From the NCBI RefSeq assembly GCF_006345805.1, contig NC_043006.1:40114001-40178000 (forward strand): 64,000 nt of DNA. Direction: 5' to 3'. Shown here piece by piece: positions 42,547-54,918 of the stretch; position 1 is the stretch's first letter, and each line of letters opens with the position of its first letter. The translations under genes and the position numbers were made by a program. The notes beneath the pieces were generated by a model. That model saw only the letters and a list, made by a program, of their open reading frames with translations. It made no database searches and was not told where the DNA came from. This DNA is from Octopus sinensis (Eukaryota).

Positions 42547-43007
42547 GTTAATATGAATTATACCATAGAATAAGCGTTCTGAATGTTTTAATATTTTGTC
42601 ATAGAAAAAATATTCCAGCTCACTGAAGAGTAGTGTTTGATTCATTCGAAACCTTCTTATGTACACACACACACACACACACACACTCACACATATATAT
42701 ATATTATCTTTAATTAATTCCTATTGGACTCTACAATGAAAGAGTCCAAAGAGGCTCACCAAAAGCCTATATACAGATATGAATATGCGCACGAGCAGAA
42801 AGATATGCGCTTGGCCTAAATTTTGTATGGTTTCTTTTCTTCTTTCTTCTGTTGGGTTTCTGACTCTGGTGGAGAGAAGAAGGATAAAACAGGAAGAAGT
42901 CGGGGAGAGGAGAGAGAGAGAGAGAGAGAGAGAGGTGGGAGGAGAAAATAAGAGATGGGTGATCAATGAATGTCGGGGGTGGGGAAACTCAAATATTTAC
43001 GTGCGTG

Positions 43008-43050
<43 letters not shown>

Positions 43051-43302
43051 TGTTTTTGTTGTGTGTGTGTGTGTGTGCATAGTGGATGGTGGTTAAGTGT
43101 GTGGTGTTGTTATTTTCGTAGGTTTTTTTAAACAGAATCTCTTTTGTGACAACAGATATAAAGTTCATGAATCTGTGTGTGTGTGTGTGCAACAGTCGTT
43201 CTTACAATACAATACTTCAAGCTGACACATGCGCAAATACACACATATACATACATACGTACACACATGCATCCATACACACATACATACACACACGCAC
43301 GC

Positions 43303-43343
<41 letters not shown>

Positions 43344-43485
43344 CATACATACACATATACACAACAGGCATATACTCAAATACATTTGTATGCAAATATA
43401 TGCATCATACCCCCTCTTCCTCCTCCTTCTCTTCCTCCTCCTTCTCTTCCTCCTCCTCCTCCTACTACTCCTCCTCCTCCTCCTC

Positions 43486-43518
<33 letters not shown>

Positions 43519-43554
43519 CTACTCCTGCTCCACCTCCTCCTCCTCCTCCTCCTC

Positions 43555-43599
<45 letters not shown>

Positions 43600-43974
43600 G
43601 AAATAATGATCACCTGATTATCTGGCTTTCCAAATTCTTAACTATGGCATTAGTGTTATATTTTCACTATGATGACATCACATTTCATTGCACCATAATA
43701 AACTTGTTGACATTTCAGAGCAATCGCTCATAACGCGAAACATATCTTTCATACCAGCGTTACTAAATCGACATTTATTATCACATTAGCAAGATTTACT
43801 GACAGCATCATACCTTTTAATTACGGGATGCTTTATGCCTCTTCTCTGGTTCAGAAATATAAAATAAAAACGCTGATGACGGGAAAAACAACGTTATTTC
43901 ATCACTTCGAAGAAAATGCTGACATAACAGTCAGTGGTCGAGAATTCAGGTGCTCTCCCTATCTACGACAACAA

Positions 43975-44200
43975 TACCTATTTCTTTACTACCCACAAGG
44001 GGCTAAACACAGAGGGGTTCAAACAAGGACAGACAAACAGATTAAGTCGATTACATCAACCCCAGTGGTACTTAATTTATCGACCCCGAAAGGATGAAAG
44101 GCAAAGTCGACCTCGGCGGAATTTGAACTCAGAACGTAACGTCAGACGAAATACGGCTACGCATTTCGCCCGGCGTGCTAACGATTCTGCCAGCCCGCCA
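43975..44200 (-). mobile_element. SINE family B
   Basis: Reverse complement of the family B head and body. Confidence 0.9.
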
Positions 44201-44262
44201 CCCCATTAACAATACCTGTTAACTACACGCTTTACATGCACACATACGTACATACATTCATA

Positions 44263-44455
44263 CATTATTTACATTATTTACATTTGACGGATATTTGTCC
44301 TCATCTTGGTTTGTTGTTAACACAACTTTTCGGCTGGTATACCCTCCAGCCTTCTTCAGTCGAAACGTTGTGTTAACAACAAACAAGATGAAGACAAATA
44401 TCCGTCAAATGTAAATAAAGTGCATAATTCCTCATCTCTTAAATATAGAACTATA
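44263..44455. mobile_element. Compact family C palindromic element with hammerhead-like motif
   Basis: Arms ~44272-44336 and ~44357-44419 are inverted. Minus strand reads CTGAAGA-AGGCTGG...CCAGCC-GAAAAGTT-GTGT. Confidence 0.78.
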
Positions 44456-45599
44456 ATACATACATACGTACGTGCGTACGTACATATATAAGTGCATGTA
44501 TGCACACACAAACACACACACACACACACGTGTAGTTAAATAAGATTTGGGTAAAATCTTGTAGAATGCTATGCAAAGCTCGTCCACACTGATGTTATCA
44601 TACATGGAAATGCTCTAGCTACAGGATATATATACATCACCAGTGAACTGCAGGTATACAAACGTGTCGAAACAATCGTAGTGATTTTAGATTTAAAAAA
44701 TGTTCCTTCCGTTTTTCTTTAGTTTTTCCTTCCTTCATCCCTTCCTGCCTGCCTATCTAACTATCTGTCTGTCTGTCTATCGATCTAGCTAGTCAGCTAG
44801 ATATCCATTTCTTTCTCTCTCCCTCTCTCTGTATGTATGTATAGACACACATATACAAACACACACACATATACAAACACACACACATATACAAACACAC
44901 ACACATTTATATATAATTTTTGGCTTGTTTCTGTCATTGGATTGCGGTCATGCTGGGGCACTGCCTTCAGGGGTGAAGTCGAACAAACCGACACAAGTAC
45001 TTATTTTCAAGTCAGGTGATCTCTTCTGTCGAAGCTCGAAGTTACGAGGACGAAACAAACCAACACCGGTTGCCAAATGGGGACAGGACGTACATATGTG
45101 TGTATGTGTGTGTACGTGTATGTCTGTCTGTGTGTGCGCGCCCGTGTGTATGGGTATGTGCATGTGTGTGTGTGTGCGCGTAGTAAAAAAATAAACACAG
45201 AAAATAAGTTATTGCTGTTTCGACTCTTTCTTTACAGTTGTTTCAATAGGTGTAGGAGTGGCTATGCTTACCAACCACATGGTTCCGGGTTCAGTCCCAC
45301 TGCGTGGCAACTGTACTATATGACTCTATATAGTCAGTTCCCTGTTATTTATTGTGGGTGGTCCCACATTCTCTCGGCCAATACCCCATCTTTGTGATTT
45401 ATTCAATCACAAATTTAAAATAAAAAAAAGATTTTTAAAAAATCAACAAAGCGGGTTAAAAAAAAAGTCAAATCCAGGTAGTTTTCTTTATAATTTTCAA
45501 TTCTCTATATATAGTTACATATAGTTCCCATCTAAGCAAGGCACCCAATCCTTGCTACCTCCTCGCAATTCTAAAAAATAAAAAAAAAAAAAAAGAGGG

Positions 45600-47160
45600 G
45601 TCTCCGACACACCAGCCTCCCAGTCCTTAAAAAAAAAAAATTTGTGAGGACTTCATCGAAGGGGTATTATGTGCCGGATCCGATAGGAACTTGCAGGGCT
45701 TCGGTCAATTTAGTAGATGAGCCACTAATTTACCTGCAGTGGAAATGGCTCTTTACCCACTGCAGGGAACGAATGCATGGGCCAAACGTGGTTGGGCAAC
45801 ACGCTCGGCCAGGCTTGCAGGCCCCGCTCTTAAGCAGCAAGCCACCAGCTTATACGGCCCCTGGCAACCGTATGTTTTATACCTTATTATTGAATTTGAC
45901 TGCGCAGGCAATTTCCAAGAGTACGCAGAAGACAAGCACGAATGTAAAAGAAAGGAGCCAAACCCTGGAGACCGCAGGCCAACATCCTTCCTAGCCAACC
46001 GAAATCCGCTCAAATGGCTAGTCACCCGGCAACAGCCCGTGAAGGGCTCCATTATGACAGTTAGTCTGCCAATGGTGCGGCTCCACCAGTGAGGCTCGAG
46101 AGTGAGTCCACCCGCAAAAACGGGTCACAACAATCGGGCCTCTGCAGACACCAAGACAGAGTCACTCCGGGACAGCAGCCCCTCCAAGGCGCTAACCTGG
46201 ATGCGAGGCCAAATGTGGGATTAGAGAAAGATGCAGTGTTATGAGTGCCTGGAACAACTAAGTCGCCGAGTCGAGCCGTACTCAAACGATGCCTCAATAA
46301 AGTCATCCATCCTCGACACATACACAAGCACCACCCCATCCAGTCAGCAACCTCAACCGGCCTATGAGGCGCTAAATCTGCAACGAGGGTAAATGTGCCG
46401 CAAAACTGTGCTGGACGCACGCTCATTTACCTTCTCTCTACAGGCCGGCTAGACCTTCACCATCCGAGGGCGCCCTCCCTCGTGGCACCCCAAAGCATTT
46501 GGAGACCCGAGAAAGGGCCTTCACACAACACCGCAGTCAAGTAACGGCCGACCAGGATGAAACAGAAGGCCGACAAGCGCAGCCCACGACCAACCAACAG
46601 GGCGACACCTCACCCCTCAAACGAGCATCTCCACGCACTACTTGGTCCCCACCAAATGATTGGCACCGCTATGGGGATGGACACTTTTAGTTTGTCCGCG
46701 GAGGGACCAATACTAGCAATAGCCAATACTGGCTCGCACTCCCCACGCGGACGTAAGCTCTTACACCGCGACAAGGTAGTGTCCAAGTGGGTGAAGTCTG
46801 GCAGTGAATCCATCTACCGGGTAATACCCGGCAGATCCTAACATACCAGACAAACCTGATGGTGAATCCACCCACTCCCCTCGCTGCCGATGTTCCAATC
46901 GGACACCGCAGGTGTGTATTCCCACCTACAACACCCACAGCGATGTTCCTATAGGACACCGCAGGTGCCCTCAACCGCCTAGACTTTTTCTGTCCCAAAT
47001 AAACCAAAAGTTTCAAAAGGGTGGAGGCAGAGCGGCCCCAGGTATAAGTTAAGTTCACCCCAAGTGAGTGAGCGGTAGGAACACCCACCCATTGCAAGGT
47101 TCGTGGGTCCTAACTATCAGGCCCCACATAAGTGTCGTCAACTACAGCCTCGACCTACCA
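45600..47160 (+). mobile_element. GC-rich decayed element, possibly the 5' zinc-finger region of a NeSL/Utopia-like RLE retrotransposon
   Basis: Remnants LYPLQG...IEFDCAGNF...KHECK and MQCYECLEQ...PYS resemble N-terminal zinc fingers. No RT recognised. Confidence 0.35.
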
Positions 47161-48167
47161 ATGCCTTGTAATGTGTATGTCTGTGTGCGTATGTTTGTGT
47201 GCCTGTGTTTGTCTCCCCCAACATCTAAGAATAGATTGCAAATACTCCCCTTATATATCAAAACGTTTTGCACAAACATAGTACAAATAAGAGAAACTAA
47301 ATTAAAGCTAAATAACTGTATAGCTGCGTGGTTAAGAACCTCGCTGTGTAACCACGTGGTTTTGAGTTCAATCTCACGGCACGACACTTTGGTACAGTGT
47401 CTTCTACTATAACCGCAGGCAAACTCATAATACCTTATGAGTGAATTTGATGGATGGAAACTGTGTGGAATCCCGACGAATATACATATATCATCACCAT
47501 CATCATCATTTAACGTCGGTTGTCCATGCTGGCATGGGCTGGAGAAATATCTATCTATCTATCTGTCTATATATATATATTATATGTGTGTGTGTGTGTG
47601 GCTAGCTTGGACTCTTATTTACTCAACATGAACCATGGAGCATGAATTCCTCTCCTTTTTCCATTAAGATTCCCGAAGTTCTTGCAGAAAGAACATAGAC
47701 TCTACCCATTTATCTCCTAATTAAGTCATAATATCAAATGATAGATTAATTACTTAATATAACAATATTTGATCTATATTTGAAATGTCAAACAAAAGCA
47801 ATACGGTTCATAATTTTTGGCTGGTAATGTGATTAGCATTGATTGAAAAGTTGTTTACAGGGTTTATTTATATGTAGCGCACACACACAGACAGAGGCAT
47901 ACGCTTATACGCACGCGTATGTTTCGTGATATAAATATAAAAATAGAACTTTAAACATGAGTAAATATATATATATATGTATAGAAATTAAATATAAATT
48001 ACAAAACGGGACAAGAACGCAAAAACACACATATACTAGTATTTAGCTACAAGTTCTGTATTCAGTCTCTTTGAACTTGTTAATGTGCAACTTGCATTTC
48101 ATTGCATAACACATAACAATAACATACCCAATATGTATGTATGTGTGTGTATGTATGTATGTATATC

Positions 48168-48760
48168 TTGGAAAGTTCCGAGGATGGGACTTCCTGGAAA
48201 GTTCCGTGGATTTGAGACTTTCGGAAAAGTATGTATGCATACATAAGGATTTGGGGACTTCCTGGAAAGTTCCGAGGATGGGACTTCCTGGAAAATTCCG
48301 AGGATTTCATGGTAAGTTCCGAGGATTTCAGGTCTTCCTGGAGAGTTCCGAGGATTTGGGGAACATCCTGGAAAGTTCCGAGGATTTTATGAGTTCCCGG
48401 AAAGTTCCGAGGAGTTGAGGCATCCTGGAAAGTTCTGAAGATTTGGGACTTCTTGGAAAATTTTGAATATGGTATTTCCTGGAAATTTTTTGGAAAATTC
48501 CGAAGATTTCCTGGAAATTTCCGAGGTTTGGGGACTTTATACTTCCGAGGTTGGAACTTCTGGGAAATTTCCGAAGATTTCCTGGAAACTTCCGAGAATT
48601 TGGGAATTCCCGGAATGTTCCGAGGAATTCCTGGAAAGTTCCGAGGATTTGGATTTCCTGGAAAGTTCTGAGGATTTGACTTCATGGGATTTTCCGAGGA
48701 TTTCCTGGAAAGTTCCCAGGATTTGGGGACTTCCTATAAAGTTCCGAGAATGGGACTTCC
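48168..48760 (-). repeat. Degenerate minisatellite, core CTTCCTGGAAAGTTCCGAGGATTT (same family as 667-970)
   Basis: Many variant units of ttcctggaaagttccgagga. Confidence 0.9.
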
Positions 48761-49631
48761 GATGCTGGTGTGTTTACGTCCCCGTAACTTAGCAGTTCTG
48801 CAAAGGAGACCGACCGAATAAGTACTACAAAGAATAAGTCCTGGGGTCAGTTTGCTCGACTAAAAGCTGTGCTCTAGCATGACCGCAGTCAAACGACTGA
48901 AACAAGTAAAAGAGTGAGAGTAAAAGAGTATAACATAACATAATAAATTTATTTAACCTTTGTCATCTTAAATAAATATAGTCACCTCCTTTCATACTTT
49001 CTGACTATGGTTTATATTCTCTTGAAAAAGTTTCATTGATCGGATCTGCATTATAGAAACTCTGCATTGGATTACCAAGTGGTGTGATAACCGGATCCAT
49101 TCGAGGAGCTTTCTCTGATAACAACATGAGTCTAAGAGTTCGTATATTACACTACAACTTTATACATGTGTATGTGCATGCGCGTGTGTGTATGTGTGTG
49201 TACATACGCATGTATATGCATTTATGTATGCATTTACGTATATAACCCGTATGTGTGTGTGTGTATACACGATATTTTCTGTGTGTGTGTATATATAAAT
49301 GTGAATGTTTTCCCAAATAAAACTGCACTTCATGTTTGAAACTATAGGGTGATACTTAATCACTCAATTATGTGTGCATTGTACCTTACAACAAAAACAG
49401 CTGTGAGCTAATGGACTTTATAACATAATTGTTTATTCCTAAATCGCTAGTCACTACACATTCTTTATTTTCTCACCTTGTTTCTTTCCGTGGAAGAGCG
49501 TAGGTTCGAAACGTTAAAGACTTTTCACTTCCCGAGCTTTATACTAATACATCTGTTTGTTGTCCACACCACCTGCCTTCGTCTTTTGTTTTTTGTTTGT
49601 GAATTCTCTCCATATATGTGAATTCTCTCTC

Positions 49632-50003
49632 TCTTAACTCTTTTACTTGTTTGAGTCATTTGACTATGGCCATGCTGGAACACCGCCTTTAGTCGAGGAA
49701 ATTGACCCCAGGACTTATTCTTTGTAAGCCTAGTACTTATTCTATCGGTTGTCAAGCGATGTTGAGGAGGGGGACAAACACAGATACACAAACATATACA
49801 AACACACACACACACATATATATATACATATATACGACGGGCTTCTTTCAGTTTCTGTCTACCAAATCCACAAATCCACTAACAAGGTTTTGGTCGATCC
49901 GAGGCTATAGTACAGGACACTTGCCCAAGGTGCCATGCAGTGGGACTGAACCCGGAACCATGTTGTTGGTAAGCAAGCTACTTACCACACAGCCACTCCT
50001 ACG

Positions 50004-50006
<3 letters not shown>
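49632..50006 (-). mobile_element. SINE family A
   Basis: Head and tail present, with an internal deletion. Confidence 0.9.
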
Positions 50007-50079
<73 letters not shown>

Positions 50080-50292
50080 TATACAAAATAAGAAAATGGA
50101 GAAACACATCTTAATCAATGATCAACTACCAGATAATACCCAATCACATCATTTATTAAACCACTACATATGAACATTAAGGTCAAACATAATAATATAG
50201 AACAAAACAATGTACATGAAAGAGTAATATGATACAATAAGTACAGTATGTGTAAGTGAATATAAATAAATACAAATATAAATATAAACTAC

Positions 50293-50419
50293 ATCTTACA
50301 GCTGTTTCAGCCATGCAGATATGGGTGCCTCATTATGCTCATATTAGCCATGTGTGATAGGCTAATATGTAGTTATAAATGAGACACTTACAAAAATATC
50401 CCAAGGCCTCTTCAGAGAT
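50293..50419 (-). ncRNA. Minimal type I hammerhead ribozyme (minus-strand copy)
   Basis: AUCU-CUGAAGA-GGCC...GGCU-GAAAC-AGCU-GUA-AGAU. Confidence 0.78.
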
Positions 50420-50504
50420 TATGAAGAACAAACTAAATTTAGTTTGTTCTTCATAATCTCTGAAGAGGCCTTGGGATATTTTTGTAAGTGTCTCATTTAT
50501 CATA

Positions 50505-50631
50505 ATCTCTGAAGAGGCCTTAGGATATTTTTGTAAGTGTCTCATTTATAACTACATATTAGCCTATCACACATGGCTAATATGAGCATAATGAGGCACC
50601 CATATCTGCATGGCTGAAACAGCTGTAAGAT
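50505..50631 (+). ncRNA. Minimal type I hammerhead ribozyme with ~100 nt stem II
   Basis: Stem I AUCU/AGAU; core CUGAAGA at 50509 and GAAA at 50616. Stem II: GGCC/GGCU, GAUAU/AUAUC, GUGUCUCAUU/AAUGAGGCAC, CAUAUUAGCC/GGCUAAUAUG. Stem III C-AGCU-G; GUA cleavage triplet at 50625-50627. Confidence 0.8.
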
Positions 50632-51011
50632 GTAGTTTATATTTATATTTGTATTTATTTATATTCACTTACACATACTGTACTTATTGTATCATATTAC
50701 TCTTTCATGTACATTGTTTTGTTCTATATTATTATGTTTGACCTTAATGTTCATATGTAGTGGTTTAATAAATTATGTGATTGGGTATTATCTGGTAGTT
50801 GATCATTGATTAAGATGTGTTTCTCCATTTTCTTATTTTGTATTATTAATTTGTGGTAAAACATTTTACCTTTGTCCATGTAATACAGTAAATAAATTAA
50901 CTGCATCGCAGTTCTTAACATTTATGTATTAACTTTGTTGGGGGCTTCACTAGCAGTATATTGGATATATGTTATCCATGATGGGTTGCACTCACAACCC
51001 CTATCCCAATT

Positions 51012-51079
<68 letters not shown>

Positions 51080-51584
51080 TCATATGCACGACAGGCTTTC
51101 ACACAGTTTCCGTTTACGAAATTTTCTTACAAGGCATTGGTCGTTCCGGAGCTGTCGTAAAAAGTTATTTGTCCAAGGTGCCACGCAGTAGACCTGAAAC
51201 CGTGTGCAGCCGAAGCAAAACCCTGCTAGCCATTCAACCATCCTTGCATAAGATTTCATTATCTAATGTATCCTTCCTTTTTCAAGACGGTAGCGTATAA
51301 TTTGAGGAAAATTGGTTGGTTGTCGAATGTTTTGACTTGATAGGGGATTAGGGGATAGCAGAAGATATAAATGAACTGGATGCAAAACGTGTGAATTGTT
51401 GGAAAATAAAATTAATTTATTCTGCTGAAAAATTAGACAGTATTGAGGCCAATAAAAGAATTTTCCAGGGTGATAGCTTCCCGCTTTTTGATATTTTTTG
51501 GCCGTTTTACTGCTGCGCTTGATGACATTAAACATTAATACTACAAATAGTAAAGTGATGGGTATGTAATAAGATTCAGGCAGC

Positions 51585-52100
51585 ATAAAAATCAATCATT
51601 TATTTATGGATGGCTTGAAGCTGTTTGCCAAGAGTGAAAAGACATTTGGATGTAATTTGAGATTAAAATGTGTGTAGTATTAATAATGAAAAGAGGGGAA
51701 AATGGTATAATAGGATATAATTATCAGATAAGGAAGCTAATAAAAAGATAGGCCTAGAGGGTGAGAACAGAAGTTGATAAGATAAAGGAAAACGGTTTAA
51801 AAGAAATATTTGCAAAAGAATAACGTCAGGAGGTTGAAATTAGTGATTAAATCTAAGCTAAATGGGGAAAATGAGACTAGCCATTAACACGTGGATCGTA
51901 TCTGTTTTGAGGTAGAGTGGAGGAATCCTAAAGAAGAATAAAGAAGATGTTGATTTAGATAAGAAGACTAGAAAAGCAATGGCTATATACGGGGGGAATA
52001 TATCGGTTGTGCAGCTAATAGGATTTTATATGCTTTGTATAATAAAAATGAGGGAGAGGATTAATTAGTTGCAGAGAAATTATCGGAGAGCAGAGAGGCA
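51585..52100 (+). mobile_element. Old R4/Dong-like RT fragment
   Basis: INHLFMDGLKLFAKSE (from LFMDDLKL); IMKRGK; RRLKLVIKSKLNGEN; AINTWIVSVLR; DLDKKTRKAM. Confidence 0.75.
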
Positions 52101-53529
52101 GAATTCATCATCATCATCATCATCATCATCGTCATCATCATCATTGTCACCATCTTCATCATCATCGTCGTCGTCGTCGTCGTCGTGATCAATACTGCGA
52201 AATTTTCCATGCCAGTTTACATTTATTTAACTTCTGCAATATTATCGAACCATTATAGTCTTACAACCTAGTGATTGGAGGTGTTTAATTTATGATTCAA
52301 AATGTCATAAGTTCAGTTTCTGGTCCGGACAGCGTGTTATCTTGCATTTGAGCAAGACACTTCATTCCACCTTACTCCAGTTCTACTCTGTTGTAGTAAG
52401 TACTAACAGGTAACCGATGCAGCCCTCATTCCTGTTGGATTGTCATTAGCAAAGCATCTTTCTCTTTATCTGTTGCTCTTGTTTGTTTAATATAACAAAT
52501 TATATATTCATTTCTGTCGAACCCTATAGAAAACGTATGCTAGATCCCTTACTCAATGTTGTCAGAAAGTCATTAGCTTTTTAAAAGACTTTCTTGCTTG
52601 TCGCTTTTAGAAGCCAAAAAACTTATTCTTTGCTGATCTTCAGGAAGGATAGTTCAAACTATAATACATAACACTGCTGCAAGCAGTTTGATTTTAAGAG
52701 GCATAAAAACTCAAAAGAATACGAAAATATCAGAAACATGCTTGTATTATAATCAGTTAAGTTCTTGTTTTTAATTCGTTATCTTTGGTTATGAATAATT
52801 ATAAATTCTATTGCTTAAAAATTATGAAAACAATAAATGGTTTTGTTTTAACAAAGATAAACGTTATTTTGAAAAGAATAAAAGCAAAATTTTGCGTGTG
52901 TTTCAGTTTAATTTGAATGGATGTTTTTCTCATGTTTATATTTTTTGTTTTGCTTTGTAAGCTGGAAGTGGTGTAAATAAGATCAATGAATCATCATTTT
53001 TGTGTAGGTGGAGGTTTTGTAAGCTGGGAGTGTAGTATATAAGGCTAATGAAAGAATATTATGTAAAGTTTATGGGAAGGACGTTGAAGCTGAATGCATT
53101 TGAAAAGAGAATGCAGAAAGAAGAAATTAAGAAATTATGGTTCTTGCATGGGTTGTTCGCTGATAAACCAGAAATAATAGCCAAATCTCCTGCAAACGTT
53201 TCAGAGTATTTACAAGCAGAAGCAAAAGCTAGATTTCCGTTAATGAGGTCTAATAAGCAGATATATTCGAAGTTATCTCCCTTTCATGACATGGTGGAGT
53301 GTGATGTTATCCGTCCCATCTCTTATATTTTATCCAATTCCAGCATTTAAAAATACTGTGGTAATTTCTGATGATGAAAACAATGGAGATAAGCGAATAC
53401 GCAGTTTTATAATGTTTCTTTGAGTAGGAATATTCTCTATTGAGAGAGGTGGGGGCAAAAATAGATGAAAGATGATAGCAGTAATCATATATGTATGTAT
53501 GTATGTTATATATATATATATTTATATTA

Positions 53530-54190
53530 GTCTTTTATTTGTTTCACTCATTTGACAGCGGCTATGCTGGAGCAACGCCTTTATCGAAGAAATCGACCCC
53601 GGAAATTATTCTTTGTAAGCCTAGTACTTTTTCTGCCGGTCTCTTTTACCGAACCACTAAGTTACGGGGATGTAAACGAACCAACATCAGTTGTCAAGCG
53701 ATGGTAGCGGCGAGCTTGCAGAAGCGTTAGCACGCCGGGCGGAATGCGTAGCCGTATTTCGTCTGCCGCTACGTTCTGAGTTCAAATTCCGCCGAGGTCT
53801 ACTTTGCCTTTCATCCTCTCGGGGTCAATAAATTATGTACCAGTTACGCACTGGGGTCGATGTAATCGACTTAATCCGTTTGTCTGTCCTTGTTTGTTCC
53901 CTCTGTATTCAGCCCCTTGTGGGTAGTAAAGAAATAGGTAGCGGGGCTACACATACACAAATACGTACATACACACACACCACACACACACACACACAAA
54001 CACACACACGCACATATATATATACACACGACAAGCTTCTTTCAGTTTCAGTCTACCAAATCTACTTACAAGGCTTTGGGCGGCTCGAGGCTAGAGTAGA
54101 AGACACTTGTAAAAGGTGCCACGCCGTGGGACTGAACCCAGAACCAAGTGGTTGGGAAGCAAGCTTCTTACCACACAGCCACGCCTGCGC
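53530..54190 (-). mobile_element. SINE family A interrupted by a family B SINE (53707-53940, + strand)
   Basis: Both family A halves are present; ggtagcgg is duplicated at both B junctions. Confidence 0.88.
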
Positions 54191-54454
54191 GTATCATATT
54201 TATTTAGTTATACTCGTATATTAAATCAGTGCGTATACTCTGTAAAATATATAAGCTGTATATAAGTGCTCATTTATTAGCACATCGTTGAAGTCGCATA
54301 TATTATTACAGTGCATTATTTACAAGTGAGGTTAGTTTGCAGTTATATAAAAGTGGGCAAAAACGATTAGTTACATCACCGATTCAGAATACTAAGCAAC
54401 CCAAAATATCAGGAATAATTCATAATTGAATTATATATATATATATGCTTATTA

Positions 54455-54573
54455 TAGCCTCAGGCCGACCAAAACCTTGTGAGTGGATTTCGTACTCAGA
54501 AACTGAAAAAATACTGTCGTATATATGTGTATATCTGTGTGTGTGTGTGTGGTGTGTGTGTGTGTGCGCGCGC

Positions 54574-54613
<40 letters not shown>

Positions 54614-54805
54614 GTCTTGTGTTTGTACCTCCGCCATTGCTTGACAACTGATGTTACTGTGTTTACCTTCCTGTAACTTAGCGGTTTGGTAAAAGACACT
54701 GACAGAATGAGTACTAGGCTTACAAAGAATAAATCCTGTGGTTGATTTCTTCGACCAACGGCGGTGCTCCAGCATGGCCGCAGTCACATGACTGAAACAA
54801 GTAAA
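54455..54805 (+). mobile_element. SINE family A, 5'-truncated
   Basis: Body and tail match the family. Confidence 0.82.
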
Positions 54806-54832
54806 GCAATAAAAAAATCTATGCCATTTTAA

Positions 54833-54861
54833 TCCCGAGCAAGGCCGGGTATCTCTGCTAG
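54833..54861 (+). mobile_element. Helitron 3' terminus
   Basis: CCCG-agcaaggc-CGGG hairpin followed by tatctctgCTAG|T. Confidence 0.6.
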
Positions 54862-54918
54862 TTTTATTATAAATGTAAAACAACACCACGGAAGAATGGA
54901 CGTAAGCTTAAATAAAAA

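Larger units (their letters stand above)
50083..51013 (+). mobile_element. Young Penelope-like pLTR element with inverted 5' copy (spacerless palindrome), inserted in (TA)n
   Basis: 50083-50437 is the reverse complement of 50438-50843 apart from a 49 bp duplication and about two substitutions. An unpaired 3' extension runs to 51013. (TA)n flanks both sides. Confidence 0.85.

Noticed and set aside
48168-48760. CRISPR-like array
   Set aside because: Units are degenerate with short variable linkers rather than unique spacers; no cas genes; eukaryotic context.
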